DNA of 64,000 nucleotides from Paraspadella gotoi. Taxonomy: Eukaryota > Animalia > Chaetognatha. Every line of letters starts with the position of its first letter. The stretch's first letter is position 1. The DNA lies in the NCBI GenBank assembly GCA_051294375.1, contig CM119266.1, positions 17,912,087 to 17,976,086 on the forward strand. The letters are read 5' to 3'. This document shows, in pieces, positions 1 through 12,522 of this stretch. The notes beneath the pieces are model-generated. The model was not told the DNA's origin, made no database searches, and worked only from the letters and a program-made list of their open reading frames with translations. The translations under genes were made by a program, and so were the position numbers.

Positions 1-2
1 AC

Positions 3-164
3 CACTACTCGTACTCGGTTGTCCGTGGTTGCGACCGCATCGTGCCCGTCGACATCTACGTGCCCGGCTGCCCGCCCTCCGCCGAAGCCCTGCTCTACGG
101 GGTGCTGCAGCTGCAGAAAAAGATTAAGCGGATGAAGTTTTGTACGATGTGGTATCGCAAATGA
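3..164 (+). CDS. NDUFS7: NADH:ubiquinone oxidoreductase PSST subunit, final exon (5' partial)
   Basis: Frame from nt 3 reads [43 protein letters not shown]...WYRK*, the NDUFS7 C-terminus; TGA at 162-164. Confidence 0.96.
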   Translation, partial: HYSYSVVRGCDRIVPVDIYVPGCPPSAEALLYGVLQLQKKIKRMKFCTMWYRK

Positions 165-865
165 GGCGGACGTAAAGATTTCGCTCTCCTCCGACAATCG
201 CATCTGTTAAATTGTGTGTCTATTGAGACTAATGAGTCGCTGGATAACATTGTTTGTATAAAAATATGTTATTTCGCGGTTGAGATTTTTTGCGCGTTCT
301 GTTTTTCTTTTCTCTCTTCTATTCTCCCTTCCCTCTTTTCCTTCATTTTCGGAACCTTTTCTAAATCTCAGTTGTTTATTTACAAAGAATTCATTTCATA
401 CAATATAATCATGTACTAAATTCATTTTCCCATTATTAAAAGCGATCCACAAATTACACCTAATGTGAAAAAAAGCGTTTTTCTTTTGGCGATTGCTTTG
501 TCAGTGAATCTGCATCGTTGTTCTTTTGATTTTTATTTTAAAAAAAGGAAAAATATAATGGACCAGTTTTGATATTTCACTATATTGTATTCTAATTTTA
601 AATTTAATGAATAATGCTCGATTGCAAGAAGACTTTCTTTTTATGATTAAATCGTTTGCGCAGATCTGCGACGATCCTCTTCAAACTTTGGCGGCTTTGA
701 TGAATTCACATTGACTGAAGAAATCATTGCGTTGGTCACGAGGAAATCGTTTTCTATAACTTTGTTTTAAAGTTAATGAGTATTTTCCCCCCAAGTTTTC
801 TCACCGCCTCAACACAAATTTCTGCAGAAACTGGTTGTGAATTTCAACAGACAGTATTAGAGATT

Positions 866-948
866 CCTTAACCGTTAAAAATTAACCGTTAATAACGGTG
901 AAAATTTTTTTAACTTAACCGTTAATTTTTTTATTTTAACGGTTAAAT
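866..948. repeat. Cluster of TTAACCGTTAA direct and inverted repeats
   Basis: ttaaccgttaa occurs three times, with reverse-oriented taacggt copies interleaved. Confidence 0.6.
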
Positions 949-1007
949 TTTATTTTTTTCCAATTTAGATATTTTGGTAAAAATATTTTGTTTTCTTTAA
1001 CTTATTA

Positions 1008-1850
1008 CAGAAGGCTTCATATTATAAAATGTGGTACTGTGGCAGCAAGACTTAAAGCTGCCTCACTGCTGTCCGTCCTCAGCCTCGTCTCAATGGCTGA
1101 GCAGGCTAAATCATCTCATTCCATCCGTGTCCCGGGTTCAATCCCTGGGTAACCCGGCTCTGGCTTAAATGTGACGGTGCCGGTATAAACATGCCAGTGA
1201 CAGGAGGCTGTCACTGAGGGTCCGCAGCCCCTTCGCCAGTTGGTGAGATACCCCGCGCCCCGGGTATCACAGGCTATCCTCCCGTTGCCATAAGTGGTGA
1301 GCCCTACTCTCGAACACGCAACCGCTGCGCACCGTGCGCCCCTTACGTCGCTTAGGGGCATAGGCGTTTGTCGTAGCGTACCCGAAGTCGAGGGCATAGG
1401 CGTTTGTCGTAGCGTACCCTGAGAAGGTTGCGTGTTCGATAGTAGGGCTCACCACTTATGGCAACAGCCGGGTTGCCTGTGATGCCCATTGGGATGGGGC
1501 ATCTCACTGTTGGCTTTGGGGGCTTCCGACCCTCAGTGACGCCTCCAGTCACTGGCGCGGTTACCCTAGGACGGTCTCGCTTTGCCAACGCAGAGGGAAG
1601 TCATTAGGACTGTGGATGGAACACTACGCCTGGGATGGTGTGTTCCCCCTCTGAGCCAATGGATTTGGCTGACGGATGGTGGACGTGAGGCGGTGTGAAT
1701 ATACCGCCACAGTACCCCTTTTTTGTGACCAGAACACGTTCCGAGAAAACTACTGAATAGAATTTAATGAAATTTTGCATGCGGAGTACCAGTAGTAATA
1801 CAAATGGAACTATCGAGGCGAATTTTTACATTCCACCCCTAAGCTGAGAT
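1008..1850. mobile_element. One end of a Tc1/mariner-type MITE, interrupted by a nested element
   Basis: TA+CAGAAGGCTTCATATTATAAAATG matches the TIR of the element at 12523-12941. Sequence after 1715 (cccttttttgtgaccaga...ggaactatcgaggcgaattttt) matches the reverse complement of that element's right end. Confidence 0.8.
1038..1711. mobile_element. Non-coding TG..CA element (solo LTR or non-autonomous Ginger-like) with 4-bp GTAC target duplication
   Basis: Termini TGTGGC...GCCACA are flanked by GTAC at 1034-1037 and 1712-1715. Homologous fragments at 12553-12761 and ~39111-39281. Internal tandem duplication at ~1356-1419. Confidence 0.8.
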
Positions 1851-2799
1851 AAGGGCCAGAGGGGGCAGCCCCTGAGGGCCACAAATGGTCAAAAATTTCT
1901 TTCAAATTTTTTAATTATTTTTGTTTTAAACGGTTGCACAGACGTTTACTCTTCCACAAAAACGTATTTATTACCTCAAAAATATTCATTTACCTTAATA
2001 TTTTGCTTCATGAACATCAGCAGTTAAAGTCAGATTTGGAATAATTTGAGAAAATTGGAAGTAAAACGATGAACCATGCATCTTCAACCATGCTTAATTA
2101 TTGCAAATTTATCAATTTTAGTTCTAAAATGTTTTTTTCTTATGTTTAAAACGTCAATGCACTCTTAACTCAAAACTTTTGACGCTTTTTCTTTACTAAA
2201 AAATTTCGCAGAACAACCAATTTGAAAGGGTTGATTGACTGAGTTAATGATTAAATTTTTTGGGTTTATTTACTGCCCCCATTACCCAAGACATAAAAGG
2301 TCATGATTGTCAAGTCACGATGTCCAGATTATTTGTACCTTTCATGCCACCTGCATTCCGAATTTTCTTTTTTTCCCTTTCAAATGTATTAAATAAAAAA
2401 AATTCTTTGAAAGAACGATTGGCATGGACGATGCCATTGGTAAGCCTCAGTTACCCCTGTTCCAGATTAAATTTTTAAACGAGGTTTTTTTCCCCATCTA
2501 TTTGAAACATAACACCAACTATTGGTACTATTAATTTCTTATTTCTCAAATTCTATTTTGTGTAATCAGAGAAACTTTCAACGTACTGTAAAAATTTGGT
2601 AAAAAAGAGTAAAATTTTCTGCCAAGTTTAAAAAAGAGATCAGGGGACAAAGTCAAGCAACTCCGTTCACATGAGATGGCAACTCAATCACGGGACTTCG
2701 GGAAGCAAGCAAGTCCCCGTTCTCGCGCTGAAGGCAGACAGAAAGTCTCTGAAAAAAGTGCTTTGACGTTTTGCCGATATAAGATTCTAGAATGATTTC

Positions 2800-4100
2800 G
2801 AACGGGATTTTGGAAGCCAAATCCAGAAAAGGAACAATACCTTCCGGAAGAGGAAAAGAAGGTTCCAGAAGAGGAAGAGGAGGATTCCGGAAGAGGAATC
2901 TGGCTTTGTCTACTTGCCCATTATAAATAGCCTTTGTTTCTGCTTTGATTCATTCTGTCTGAAAATTGAAACTGTCTTCATGTTTATTTTCTGAGAATTT
3001 ACAAACCCGGAATCATCACCCGCTTGACCAACGAATTCACGGACTATCGTTTCATCGAAGATCTTATTCGTCTGCTCGGAATTGATGTCGCCGCTAAGTT
3101 TAAAAAGGACAAATCTTTTTTCCAGGAAGAATTTTGGTCGATGCTTTCAAATTTTGGGTTGAGAGTCGCTCTCTCCGCCCAAGAGAATTTTGGGGGGGAA
3201 TCGAGGCTTCCGAGACTTATTCCGAGCGCCATATCTCCGTCGAATCTAGAGTTCACTCGGAATCTTATAATTTTGATAAAAGAGGCGAATGTTTTTTCGA
3301 TCGGGAATCGAGAAAAGTCGTGGAGATTTTAAAAGAGAACGAAGACGTCAAGGTCCTCTGGTTCAAGGTTCACGAGCCAAATCAGGAAGGCCCCAATACG
3401 CTTGTACAGGAATGCCGCGTCTCCTTTCCTGAGGCCGACCTTTATGACATCTCTTCCGTTTCGATTTTTGGCGACTATGCGTTCATCTTGACGACGACGA
3501 CAACGGAGACGGGACTTTTCATCGTCGTTTCTCTTCTTTGCCAAGAAATCGTGGACTCTTTTCCTCAATCGACCCCCAGAATACCCGAGATTTCCTTTCG
3601 CGGGGATTGGCCCTCGTTATACAGTCCTATCGGTTTTTCGAGTACAAGGGCCGCGTCGTCGATTATTTGGACGTTTTTGATCCTGAATCTCTTCGATTCC
3701 TTCCTTCGTGGGAGATTCTTTTTGCAAAGGATGAAGATTTTTTATTCGACTTTTTCGATCGGTAGACGGTCCGGAACGGAGACGTCGTTGCGACTTCCTT
3801 CAGTCGATCAGTTCGAAAGCTTCCGCTGCATCCCAGTCTCGGGGTCGTTTATTAAAGATATCGCTATAGATTCGTCGCCGCCGACTGCCTGGGGACGAGC
3901 GAGGCCGTCACTGTTTTGGACACGGTATCACGTGAAGATCTTGAAAAAATCCCGAGCTTGCTTCTCTCTTGCTTTCGAGCTTCATTGGTCCTGATTGCTC
4001 GTGGTTTTCGGACCTGAAGAAAGACTTCAAAAGCAGAAGTCCCGGTGAGACAGCGAGAATCTTTCAACTATCTCACTTATCCTCTCTCCTCCATCTTTTT
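2800..4100 (+). pseudogene. Degenerate lineage-specific gene (weakly F-box-associated-like)
   Basis: Exon-like CpG-rich composition. Protein-like sequence hops between overlapping + ORFs (3024, 3134, 3538), implying frameshifts and stops. No family confidently recognised. Confidence 0.4.
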
Positions 4101-4495
4101 TTTCGGAGACGAAATAAATAGTCATCGAAGATGAGCGAGGGAATTTCCATCAAAGTTTTAAATTCGACGAAAATTATTTTAATTTCGTATTTTGTATTTT
4201 TTTACGGAGACGAAATCGACATCGAACATGAGAGAAAAGGTTTTTTTTTAAAGTTTCACAACTTACGGATATGACTCAAATTGAAACACAAAACATCACT
4301 TTTTTTCTAGCTGCCGGAGTGCCCGTTATTTTTATACATATTATGTATTTGTTTGGTTGTACTTAAATGAGAAAATTGCTTTTTAGATTTACGTTTTCTT
4401 TTAACAAATTAAAAAATAACTTCACATCATCTCACTTACTACACGTACTTTCCCATTGGACTTTTCCGTCGCCCCTCCCCAACTGCTCGTAGGCG

Positions 4496-6786
4496 ATGGC
4501 TCCTTCCACTGACCGCATCAAAGTCAACCACGTCATCGTCGATTCCGGGGGTTGGATAGCCGACGCCCCGATCCACGATTTGGCCGACAAAGTCTATTCG
4601 ATACGCGATGTCGTTGGCGAGATCAAAGACAAGGCGACCCGACAACGCCTTCAAGTTCTTCCCTATGCGATCGAGTTTCGCGAACCTTCGAGCGAGTCTC
4701 TCTCCTTCGCCAACTCCTTCGCCAAGAAGACGGGCGACTACCGCAGCCTCTCCGCCGTCGACGTCAAACTCATCGCCCTCGCTCATCAGTTGGCCAAAGA
4801 AAAGTCCGGCGGAGCGGCACTGCGGTCAGAACCGCCGAAGAAGCCTCAGTCCGTCGTGCTGCCCGTCAGGAGGAACGATGCTCAAGACGCGGGCATCGCC
4901 GGGTTTTACTTGGAGGAAAAACAGCCCGTCGGGCGCGAGAAGGGTCGCGATGAGCCCGTCGGGCGAAAGAAGAAAGTCGTGGACGATCTCGTACTCTCCT
5001 TGGAGAAGCTCAAAGAGGCCGTCGAAGAAGTCAAAACTGACTTTTCGTCTTCCGCGGGAAAAGATCGAAGCGTCGCCGTCGAATTGACCACCGAATCCGT
5101 CTACAGCTCCTTCAACTACTGGCGCGATCCGCTGCCCGCCTTGGATTTGCTTGGAGAGGACGGCGGAGGCGGTTTGGCGAAGTCTCCTATCTCTCGAACG
5201 ACGCCCTCGATTCGACCCACGCGCTTACAGACAAATTTCGGCGCCGATTCTGAAACGGCGCCTTCAAAGGCGGCGCCCCTCGACGCTCCCACACCTGATT
5301 TTGACGATTTCCTATTTTGGAAACAGGAGATGCTGTTGTCGCCCGAAGACATCGACGAGTTATTGATGAACGACTCGAACGACGCTTCCGTCGGCGGAAA
5401 GATCTCGTCCTTTGACTCCACCGACGCCGCGACTGACTCTCCCGCGGGGCCACACGTCAGCGAACCCAAACGAGACATCTCTCGCCTCTTGGAAGGTCGA
5501 GTCGTTGAAGGCGGCGCCGAAGACACTTCCGACGACGAAGAAGACGACGCCGAGACGCCGAAAGAATCCTCCTTCGAAGGAGGATGGATCACTCCGAGCA
5601 ACTTGGCCGCCGTCAAAGGCCGCGCCGGCGACGATGAGGCTCTTCCCGCGGCGCCCGTCGAAGTGGCCTGTCTCACCACCGATTTCGCCGTCCAGAACGT
5701 CCTTATTCAAATGGGCGTCAACGTTATCGGCGTCAACGGGAAACTGATCAAGAGGGCGCGTAGCTACGCGTTGAGGTGCTACGGATGCTTCAAGTTAACC
5801 TTCGACCAGGAGAAGAGGTTTTGTCCTCATTGCGGGAACGAGACTCTGAAGAGAGTATCCATCAAAGTGGAGGAGGACGGGAGTCTCCAGTATTTCATTT
5901 CTTTGAGGAAGAAGATCTCGACCAAAGGAAAGAATCAGACTCTGCCGCCGCCGAAGGGTGAGTTTTGGGGGAGAGACGAAAGAAAAAGAAAGAAGAATGA
6001 AATTATAAACAGGAATGAAAGAATGAAAAAAGAATAAATAAAAATTAAAAAAAACATAGATGAAAGAAGAAACAAGAATGAAAGGAGATTGAAAAACAAA
6101 AACCCAAAAAAAAAAAATTGCCAGATATTTTGACATATATTTTCTATGTCATCATCAGTGGAAAAGAAATAGCAGAACAATTTTTTTTATAAATAACAAT
6201 TCACAAATTGAGGGAGAGAGAGAGAGAGTACATTATGAGGTCAAATGAAACAAAGGGCAAAAATAATAACCACTAAAGGTAAAGAGAAAAGAAGGAACCC
6301 AATAAGGGTTGCCCTTTTTTTTTGCCCTTTGCACAGTAAATCCCATTATGAAAATTTTTCAAAAAATAATTATACTCACTGTTCTTGTGATGACGTTTAA
6401 AGAAAGAATAAAAGAAGAAACATGAATGAAAGATGAATGAATAAAGAGAGAGATGTTAAAAAGAGAAATAAGTTATTATTATTTTCTCCCAATTTACCTC
6501 TCTCCTCTTCTCCCTTCACCTTTTCCCCCTCCTCAAAGGCGGAAAACATTCCACCGACCCGATCGTGTTCGAGGACCAACGAGTCCCGCACAACCGGCCC
6601 TCGAAGATGGCGCAGAAGGCGACGGTGAACGCGTTGGAGGCGGACTACGCCGCCCGCGATTCGCCCTTTGCCACTCACGACGTCACCTCTCGCGCGGCGC
6701 TGTTGGGCACGAACCGACGGAGCGGCGGGGGCGGCGCTGGACGAAGCGGCGGTGGCGGAAAGGGCGGCAAGAAGAGGCGGAGGTGA
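4496..6786 (+). CDS. NOB1: RNA-binding protein NOB1 (18S rRNA endonuclease), 2 exons 4496-5957 and 6539-6786
   Basis: PIN domain (VIVDSGG, KTGDYRSLSAVD, TTDFAVQN), GGWITPSN, zinc ribbon CYGC..CPHCG. GT-AG intron joins PPKG|GKHS..EDQ..SPF. Confidence 0.95.
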
Positions 6787-7499
6787 AAATATTGAGGAGA
6801 CAAATCGACCGCTGGGAGTCTGTGAAACTCTAAGAAACTCTTGTTACGGTCTCCAGAAACTCCGCTACGTTTTTTATTTTTTAACTTATTTCGAAGCTGC
6901 GTTATTAGTTTTCATTTTGCCCAACGAAGCCTCGTGTCTTTGATTAATGGATTATTCCAAAGCTTCTCGTCTCTCATTTCGCCTAGACGCTTTTTGGATC
7001 ATTTCTCTTCCATTTTTTTATAAACATTTTTGCTTTGTCGTATAGGAAAAAAAATTACAGATTGTCACAGTAGATTAGTTTTGTCCAGCTTTTTAAGTAA
7101 AAAAATTTTACTAGTGATTTTCTGGAAAGGGGAATTAGAAAAAAAAAAGATACAAATCAAAATGTTGATTGTACAAGACCCCCTAAAAATATCAAAAAAT
7201 TTAATCGTGCTTCTACCAGGTTTCATGGATTCAGACGAAATCTCGAAGACTGTATAAACTTTTCGTATTAAAAACAGAGTTAATTTAATCAAGGGACAAA
7301 TTTTACCGTCAAAAAAAGTCACCACTGACCTTTGATCAAGGCTTTAGCGACGCAAATGATCTTGAAGGCGACCGCCGTACGAAAGCGACTAAATATCTCG
7401 CGTCAGTGAAAATGAAAAAGTCCAACATCTAATCCGACAAAATAGAGCGAGGGTTAATCGTTAGTGGTAGGGAGGGGAAGGTTTCTCACGCGAGAAAAT

Positions 7500-9330
7500 A
7501 TGAGTCGTCCATCTGTGCAAGTTTTGTCCAAAATGAAAAGAGATGACTTTCTCAGTTATCTCGAAAAGTTTCAAGCGCCGACTCCTTCACAGACGATCGA
7601 GGAGTTGATGGATAATTCTATCTCGAATGCCCGAGGGACTTAAGGTCCATCTTCTCGCTCGATCGATGATGACTTTTTTTTTCCAACTAAAATCTCAACG
7701 ATTTCATCTCGGCAATTCTCGAGAGGAGAATCTTCGGTTATAGTAATGATGAGCGGAATTTATTGTAGAGAGCTCACCTCGGTAATTAGTATGCTCGATA
7801 CTTAAAACTTCCTCAAATATTATTCTTGTTCTGCGGTGATTTTGCTCGATTTTTTCCTCAACGACCTGACGAGAAAGAATGCTCTCGAAACCGCGGCGAG
7901 GAATATCCCTCGGGTCGACTTGGTGCAGATCGTTTGCTTCATCTTAATCACCTTCGAGATGAAGCCAATCGTCGTTGAGAAACTGAGAACTTGTTCTTTC
8001 TTTTCCTCGATCTTCGACATTGACAATTTCCGAGAAAAGTTTTCTCCCCTCAAAGTTGGCCTCATTGTGAAGATTTGTTGCGAGGCGGCGGAAGCGAAGC
8101 TGCCTCGGATCTATTACGAGGTCGAGCGCAAAGCTCGCGCGGACGATCTTATCGAGTCATTTTCTCAAGGCCAAATTGATGAGCGAGACGTTTATTCGGC
8201 TATCGACTCTATCTCTATTAGCAGCCTCCGACGAGACGCTTGGTGATCGGCTCTTGGAGACGGCCTACATAAGACGGACTTCCGAATGGAACATTCAGAA
8301 ATCGATGATCCGCAAAGTTCGTCTGAGGAAAGCGAAGTCTTGGAACTGGTAAGTCATGCTTCTCCAACGATGACGACGGCGGCGGCCTTTTCTAGTAAAA
8401 TGAATATTACAAAAACCGTACCAATTGTATCGAGGTTATCTAATACTAAAAACGAAACGATACTGATAAGAAATAAGAATGTAACCGAAACGTTTACTTC
8501 TACTAAAACGGAGACAATTAAAACTAAAAAACTGACGAAAACTTCGCGCCATAGATTCGCCGCGATGCTGTCAAAGTTTAATCCAAATTTCATCTTGAAA
8601 TACCAGCGTCGAATCCAGAAGACGACGCCGACGGAAACAATCGAAGAATGGACTGAAATACTTTCCTTTTTGAAAAAAGAATAAGCAAAGACTTTATCTC
8701 TTGGCCTGAGCCATGCTTTTCCGAGAAATTCTCCGAGTATCACGTCGGCCGATTCGTGCGTGCGTGTTGCAAAGTGACCAGGCTTGACCTTCCGCCCATC
8801 TATTTCGAGTTGACCTGTAAGCCTCGAGTGGACATTCTTGTTGAATCCTTCTTGAGAGGCGAGACGGAGGAAGGAGACGATTACTCTGCCGCCGTCGTCA
8901 TTTCCGCGGGAAATGAGAAAATCTTTAAGATTTGCGCTTCACATGTGGCGAAGCATCACTCAAGGCCATTGATGCAGCGGTTGATGAACGTTTTAAAGTC
9001 AATGGATCTGCCTCCTTTTTTCGCCTTCAAGAAAATTAAGCTGCACGATTTCTGCCGACATTTTCAGTGGACTCTCCCCATTTGCGCGGACGCGACGGAT
9101 ATTTGCTCGCAACGAGGATAGGATGCAACCATGGTCGCACTGGCAATGAGTGACAGGCGGCAACTATTGCAGACGGGAGTTAAACTTTCTCTGCAACGCC
9201 ATGCCATCTGCAACGGCTATTTTTTATCAAACGATCACCGCTTGTCTCATCTTCCAGTTCTGTTATCGGTATCCCAACAACGATTGATCAATGAGGTGGA
9301 CGAATGCAATGGAAGAATTGAAAGATTTTG
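7500..9330 (+). pseudogene. Degenerate unknown gene with an internal two-fold duplication
   Basis: Homologous blocks ICCEAAEAKLPRIYYEVERKARADDLIESF and ACCKVTRLDLPPIYFELTCKPRVDILVESF; broken by stops and frame changes. Confidence 0.5.
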
Positions 9331-9550
9331 AATTTGATTAGCAAAACATCACTCGTCTTTTTTTTATAAATCAAAAGTCGATATTTTAGTTGGTAATATT
9401 TCTTATGTCATTTTGTTGTCATTGTTATTAACTTATTCGTTTTACAGCCTTTTTAAGCTGATGAAATGAAAATAATAAAACAAAAACCTTAAGATAAATC
9501 TCGTAGACCGATGTTTTGATTTCTTAAAAAAAACTAAAAAAAGAGAAACA

Positions 9551-12205
9551 ATGACGCGTCATCATCGCGAGGGTCCGCGTCAAAGAAAGACGTTTCCCGT
9601 GGACGAACCCGTCGCCGACACTGACGGACAATATTCAAACCGCGTGGCCAACGGTGTCTCCCGCCGCAGCCCCACCGCAGCCTCTACGCAACCGCCTTCG
9701 CGCCACGCCCCTCCGCTCCGCCGACGCCGTCACCTGAAAGACGAGCCTCGCGACGAAAGGGCAAGCCTTTGGGGCTGCGTCGTTCTCGGCCTCGTCCTCT
9801 TTGTCTTTGGCGTCTGCTCCGTCTACGGGATGAAGATTTATATGGAATATCTGGAGCGAATCAAAGTCAACAACCCGCTCCTCGTGTCCCGTCTCGTCCG
9901 CTCAAACGAATCCCATCCTTATTTCGTGGCGCCGGATCGCTATTGGGGATCGTATCGACCCCACGTTTATTTCGGGATGAGGACTCGTAGCCCCGACTCG
10001 ATCCTGACGGGGCTGATGTGGCTGGACCAGCTAGCGGCTTTTAAAGGCGGATCTTTGCCTCTACGCCATTGGTGCGAACACGGGGACGGACTCCGCCGCT
10101 ACGGATGGAACGCTCACGATGGAAAGACTTTTGGGTCGCAGGAGATCGTAGACCATCGCTTCACTCTCTCCACACAATTCGTCAAGCGGCCGACGAAGGG
10201 CGTCCATGGCGGAGATTGGACGGCGCGCGTGACGGCCACGCCTAATTCTGATCGCGAATCTGTCGTCATTTCTCTCATGTTCTACGTCATGTTACCCGAA
10301 GGCGTCTCGCCCGGCGACTACGGCGCAGACCGCGCCGGCGGCGCCGAACTTCGCGGCGTCGTCGGCGCCGACGAGCGTCTGGAGGAAATTGTTGGCTCGA
10401 CGCCGGACAATGGGCCTTTTTCGATCGGCTTTCTCGCCGGCGAAGGATCCGTCCTCAAGCACAACCACCTCTCGGCCTTCGCTCCTTCCGCCGAAGCCCG
10501 CGTCGTTGATGAGGTCGTCCTTCGCAGCCTCGTCGATCGAAAACTCGATCCTCGCAACGACTTTCGCTATTTAGCCCTCGGTGGAAGGCAGCGCGACCCA
10601 AACGGCACGCCTCACAATCTCGTCGTCCACCAAGTCACTGTCTCGTTGCCCTTTACCCTCGAGATCGTCTACATGTCCGAGGACGCGCCGCTGCCTCACG
10701 GCGTCCCGCCTCTGCGCGACCAAATGTTCGAGGATTGGATCTCCTGGTCGCTCAAAGACTTCGAGAAGACGTTCGAGACTAAATTCAGTCTGAGGGAAAA
10801 GGGATTCTCCAATCGTGAAATCAAAATGGCCCAATCAGCCTTTTCCAATTTATTGGGCTCCGTCGGTTACTTTTACGGTTCCTCCATCGTTCAGTCTCCC
10901 TTGACCGAAGTGCCAGTCAACTACTGGAACGCCCCTCTCTACACTGGCGTTCCGTCTCGCTCTTTTTTTCCCCGTGGTTTCCTCTGGGACGAGGGTTTTC
11001 ACAATCTCCTCATCTCTGAATGGGATTTGGAGATCTCCAAGGATATCCTCGGCCACTGGTTCGATCTGATCAACCGGGAGGGATGGATCCCCCGCGAACA
11101 GATCCTGGGCGCGGAGGCGCGATCCAAAGTCCCTGCAGAATTCGTTGTCCAACACAACGACAACGCCAATCCGCCCGCCTTTTTTTTACCGCTCAAGAAA
11201 ATGGTTCCATCACTTCTCGCTTCTGGTCAATCGGAAGACGTCGAGTGGTTGGAAACACTCTATCCCCGCCTTCAGGCGTGGTACGCCTGGTATAACAAGA
11301 CGCAACGCGGCGACGACGCCGTCGGCCGCGCCTTTCGGTGGCGCGGGCGAAATCCACAGGCGTCGAGAGAGTTGAACCCGAAGACGTTGACTTCCGGTTT
11401 AGACGATTATCCGCGCGCTAGTCACCCGACGAGCAAGGAACGCCACGTGGATCTGCTGTGCTGGATGGCTCTGGCGGCTAGCGTCATGGCCGACATCAGC
11501 GCCGCGGTGGGGACGCCGCGCGAGGCCGACAGGTATCGAGCCGACCATCGTGCGCTGACCGACAACGAGATGTTGAATCGACTTCATTGGTCGCCCGAGT
11601 TGGAGTTTTACGCCGATTTTGGTCTCCACACGGAAGATGTTGTCTTGAAGCGGCCCCCGCCACCGGTAAATCGGCGGCCGGGGATGCCGGTCGTCAACAG
11701 CGAGAAAGTGAGAGTAACAAAATCAGAGCCTAAATATAAATTCGTCGACGCTCACGGTTACGTCTCTCTCTTTCCTTTTCTGCTCCGAGTTTTAAAACCA
11801 GACTCTGACAAACTCGGGAAGATCCTTAACGATCTCACAGACCCTCAGATCCTCTGGACCTCGCACGGTCTGCGGTCTCTTTCTCGCAAGGCCAAGATGT
11901 ACAATCGGTACAACACGGAGAATGACGCTCCCTATTGGCGAGGATCCATTTGGATCAACATCAACTACTTGGCCATTTCCGCGCTGGATTATTATCGGAG
12001 CGTCAAGGGTCCGCACGCTAAATTAGCCGGGGAGATTTACACGAAATTGAGGAAAAACGTGATCGACAATATCGTTTCCGAATATCATCGTACGGGTTAC
12101 ATTTGGGAACATTACAACGACGTGACGGGTTACGGAGAAGGGACGCATCCGTTCACGGGATGGTCCGCGTTGGTCGTGCTCATAATGGGGGAGAAATATC
12201 ATTAG
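9551..12205 (+). CDS. MOGS: Mannosyl-oligosaccharide glucosidase (ER glucosidase I, GH63), intronless
   Basis: Arg-rich N-tail plus TM anchor; WGSYRP, VPSRSFFPRGFLWDEGFH, TLTSGLDDYPR, YWRG.IWIN, PFTGWS motifs. Confidence 0.97.
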   Translation: MTRHHREGPRQRKTFPVDEPVADTDGQYSNRVANGVSRRSPTAASTQPPSRHAPPLRRRRHLKDEPRDERASLWGCVVLGLVLFVFGVCSVYGMKIYMEYLERIKVNNPLLVSRLVRSNESHPYFVAPDRYWGSYRPHVYFGMRTRSPDSILTGLMWLDQLAAFKGGSLPLRHWCEHGDGLRRYGWNAHDGKTFGSQEIVDHRFTLSTQFVKRPTKGVHGGDWTARVTATPNSDRESVVISLMFYVMLPEGVSPGDYGADRAGGAELRGVVGADERLEEIVGSTPDNGPFSIGFLAGEGSVLKHNHLSAFAPSAEARVVDEVVLRSLVDRKLDPRNDFRYLALGGRQRDPNGTPHNLVVHQVTVSLPFTLEIVYMSEDAPLPHGVPPLRDQMFEDWISWSLKDFEKTFETKFSLREKGFSNREIKMAQSAFSNLLGSVGYFYGSSIVQSPLTEVPVNYWNAPLYTGVPSRSFFPRGFLWDEGFHNLLISEWDLEISKDILGHWFDLINREGWIPREQILGAEARSKVPAEFVVQHNDNANPPAFFLPLKKMVPSLLASGQSEDVEWLETLYPRLQAWYAWYNKTQRGDDAVGRAFRWRGRNPQASRELNPKTLTSGLDDYPRASHPTSKERHVDLLCWMALAASVMADISAAVGTPREADRYRADHRALTDNEMLNRLHWSPELEFYADFGLHTEDVVLKRPPPPVNRRPGMPVVNSEKVRVTKSEPKYKFVDAHGYVSLFPFLLRVLKPDSDKLGKILNDLTDPQILWTSHGLRSLSRKAKMYNRYNTENDAPYWRGSIWININYLAISALDYYRSVKGPHAKLAGEIYTKLRKNVIDNIVSEYHRTGYIWEHYNDVTGYGEGTHPFTGWSALVVLIMGEKYH

Positions 12206-12522
12206 TCCGCTTTTGATATTTGATTTAGACTAATTGTTTAATGTTTACATTAAATTTTTAAATGACGACACGTTTTGCATCATCGTCGTTAAAATTCTTT
12301 TTCCAGTCAAACAAATTATATATTCCAAACTTTTTTGAAATTGAACTGCGTTAAGATCTCGCCACGCTTGTATGTCACCTATGTCCTGCTATCCTCATCT
12401 TTATGTTACTTTTTTTTTCAGGAAATGAAATTGTGAGCATTGAACTTGTTACGAACCGATTATTGAAATATGTTAGACGACTTCTTATATTTACGACAGT
12501 TACCGTAAATTCGAGAATAGTA

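Noticed and set aside
9551-12205. Horizontal transfer suggested by intronless, GC-rich MOGS and PRORP
   Set aside because: Both are eukaryote-type proteins with the same CpG-rich codon style as the intron-containing neighbours.
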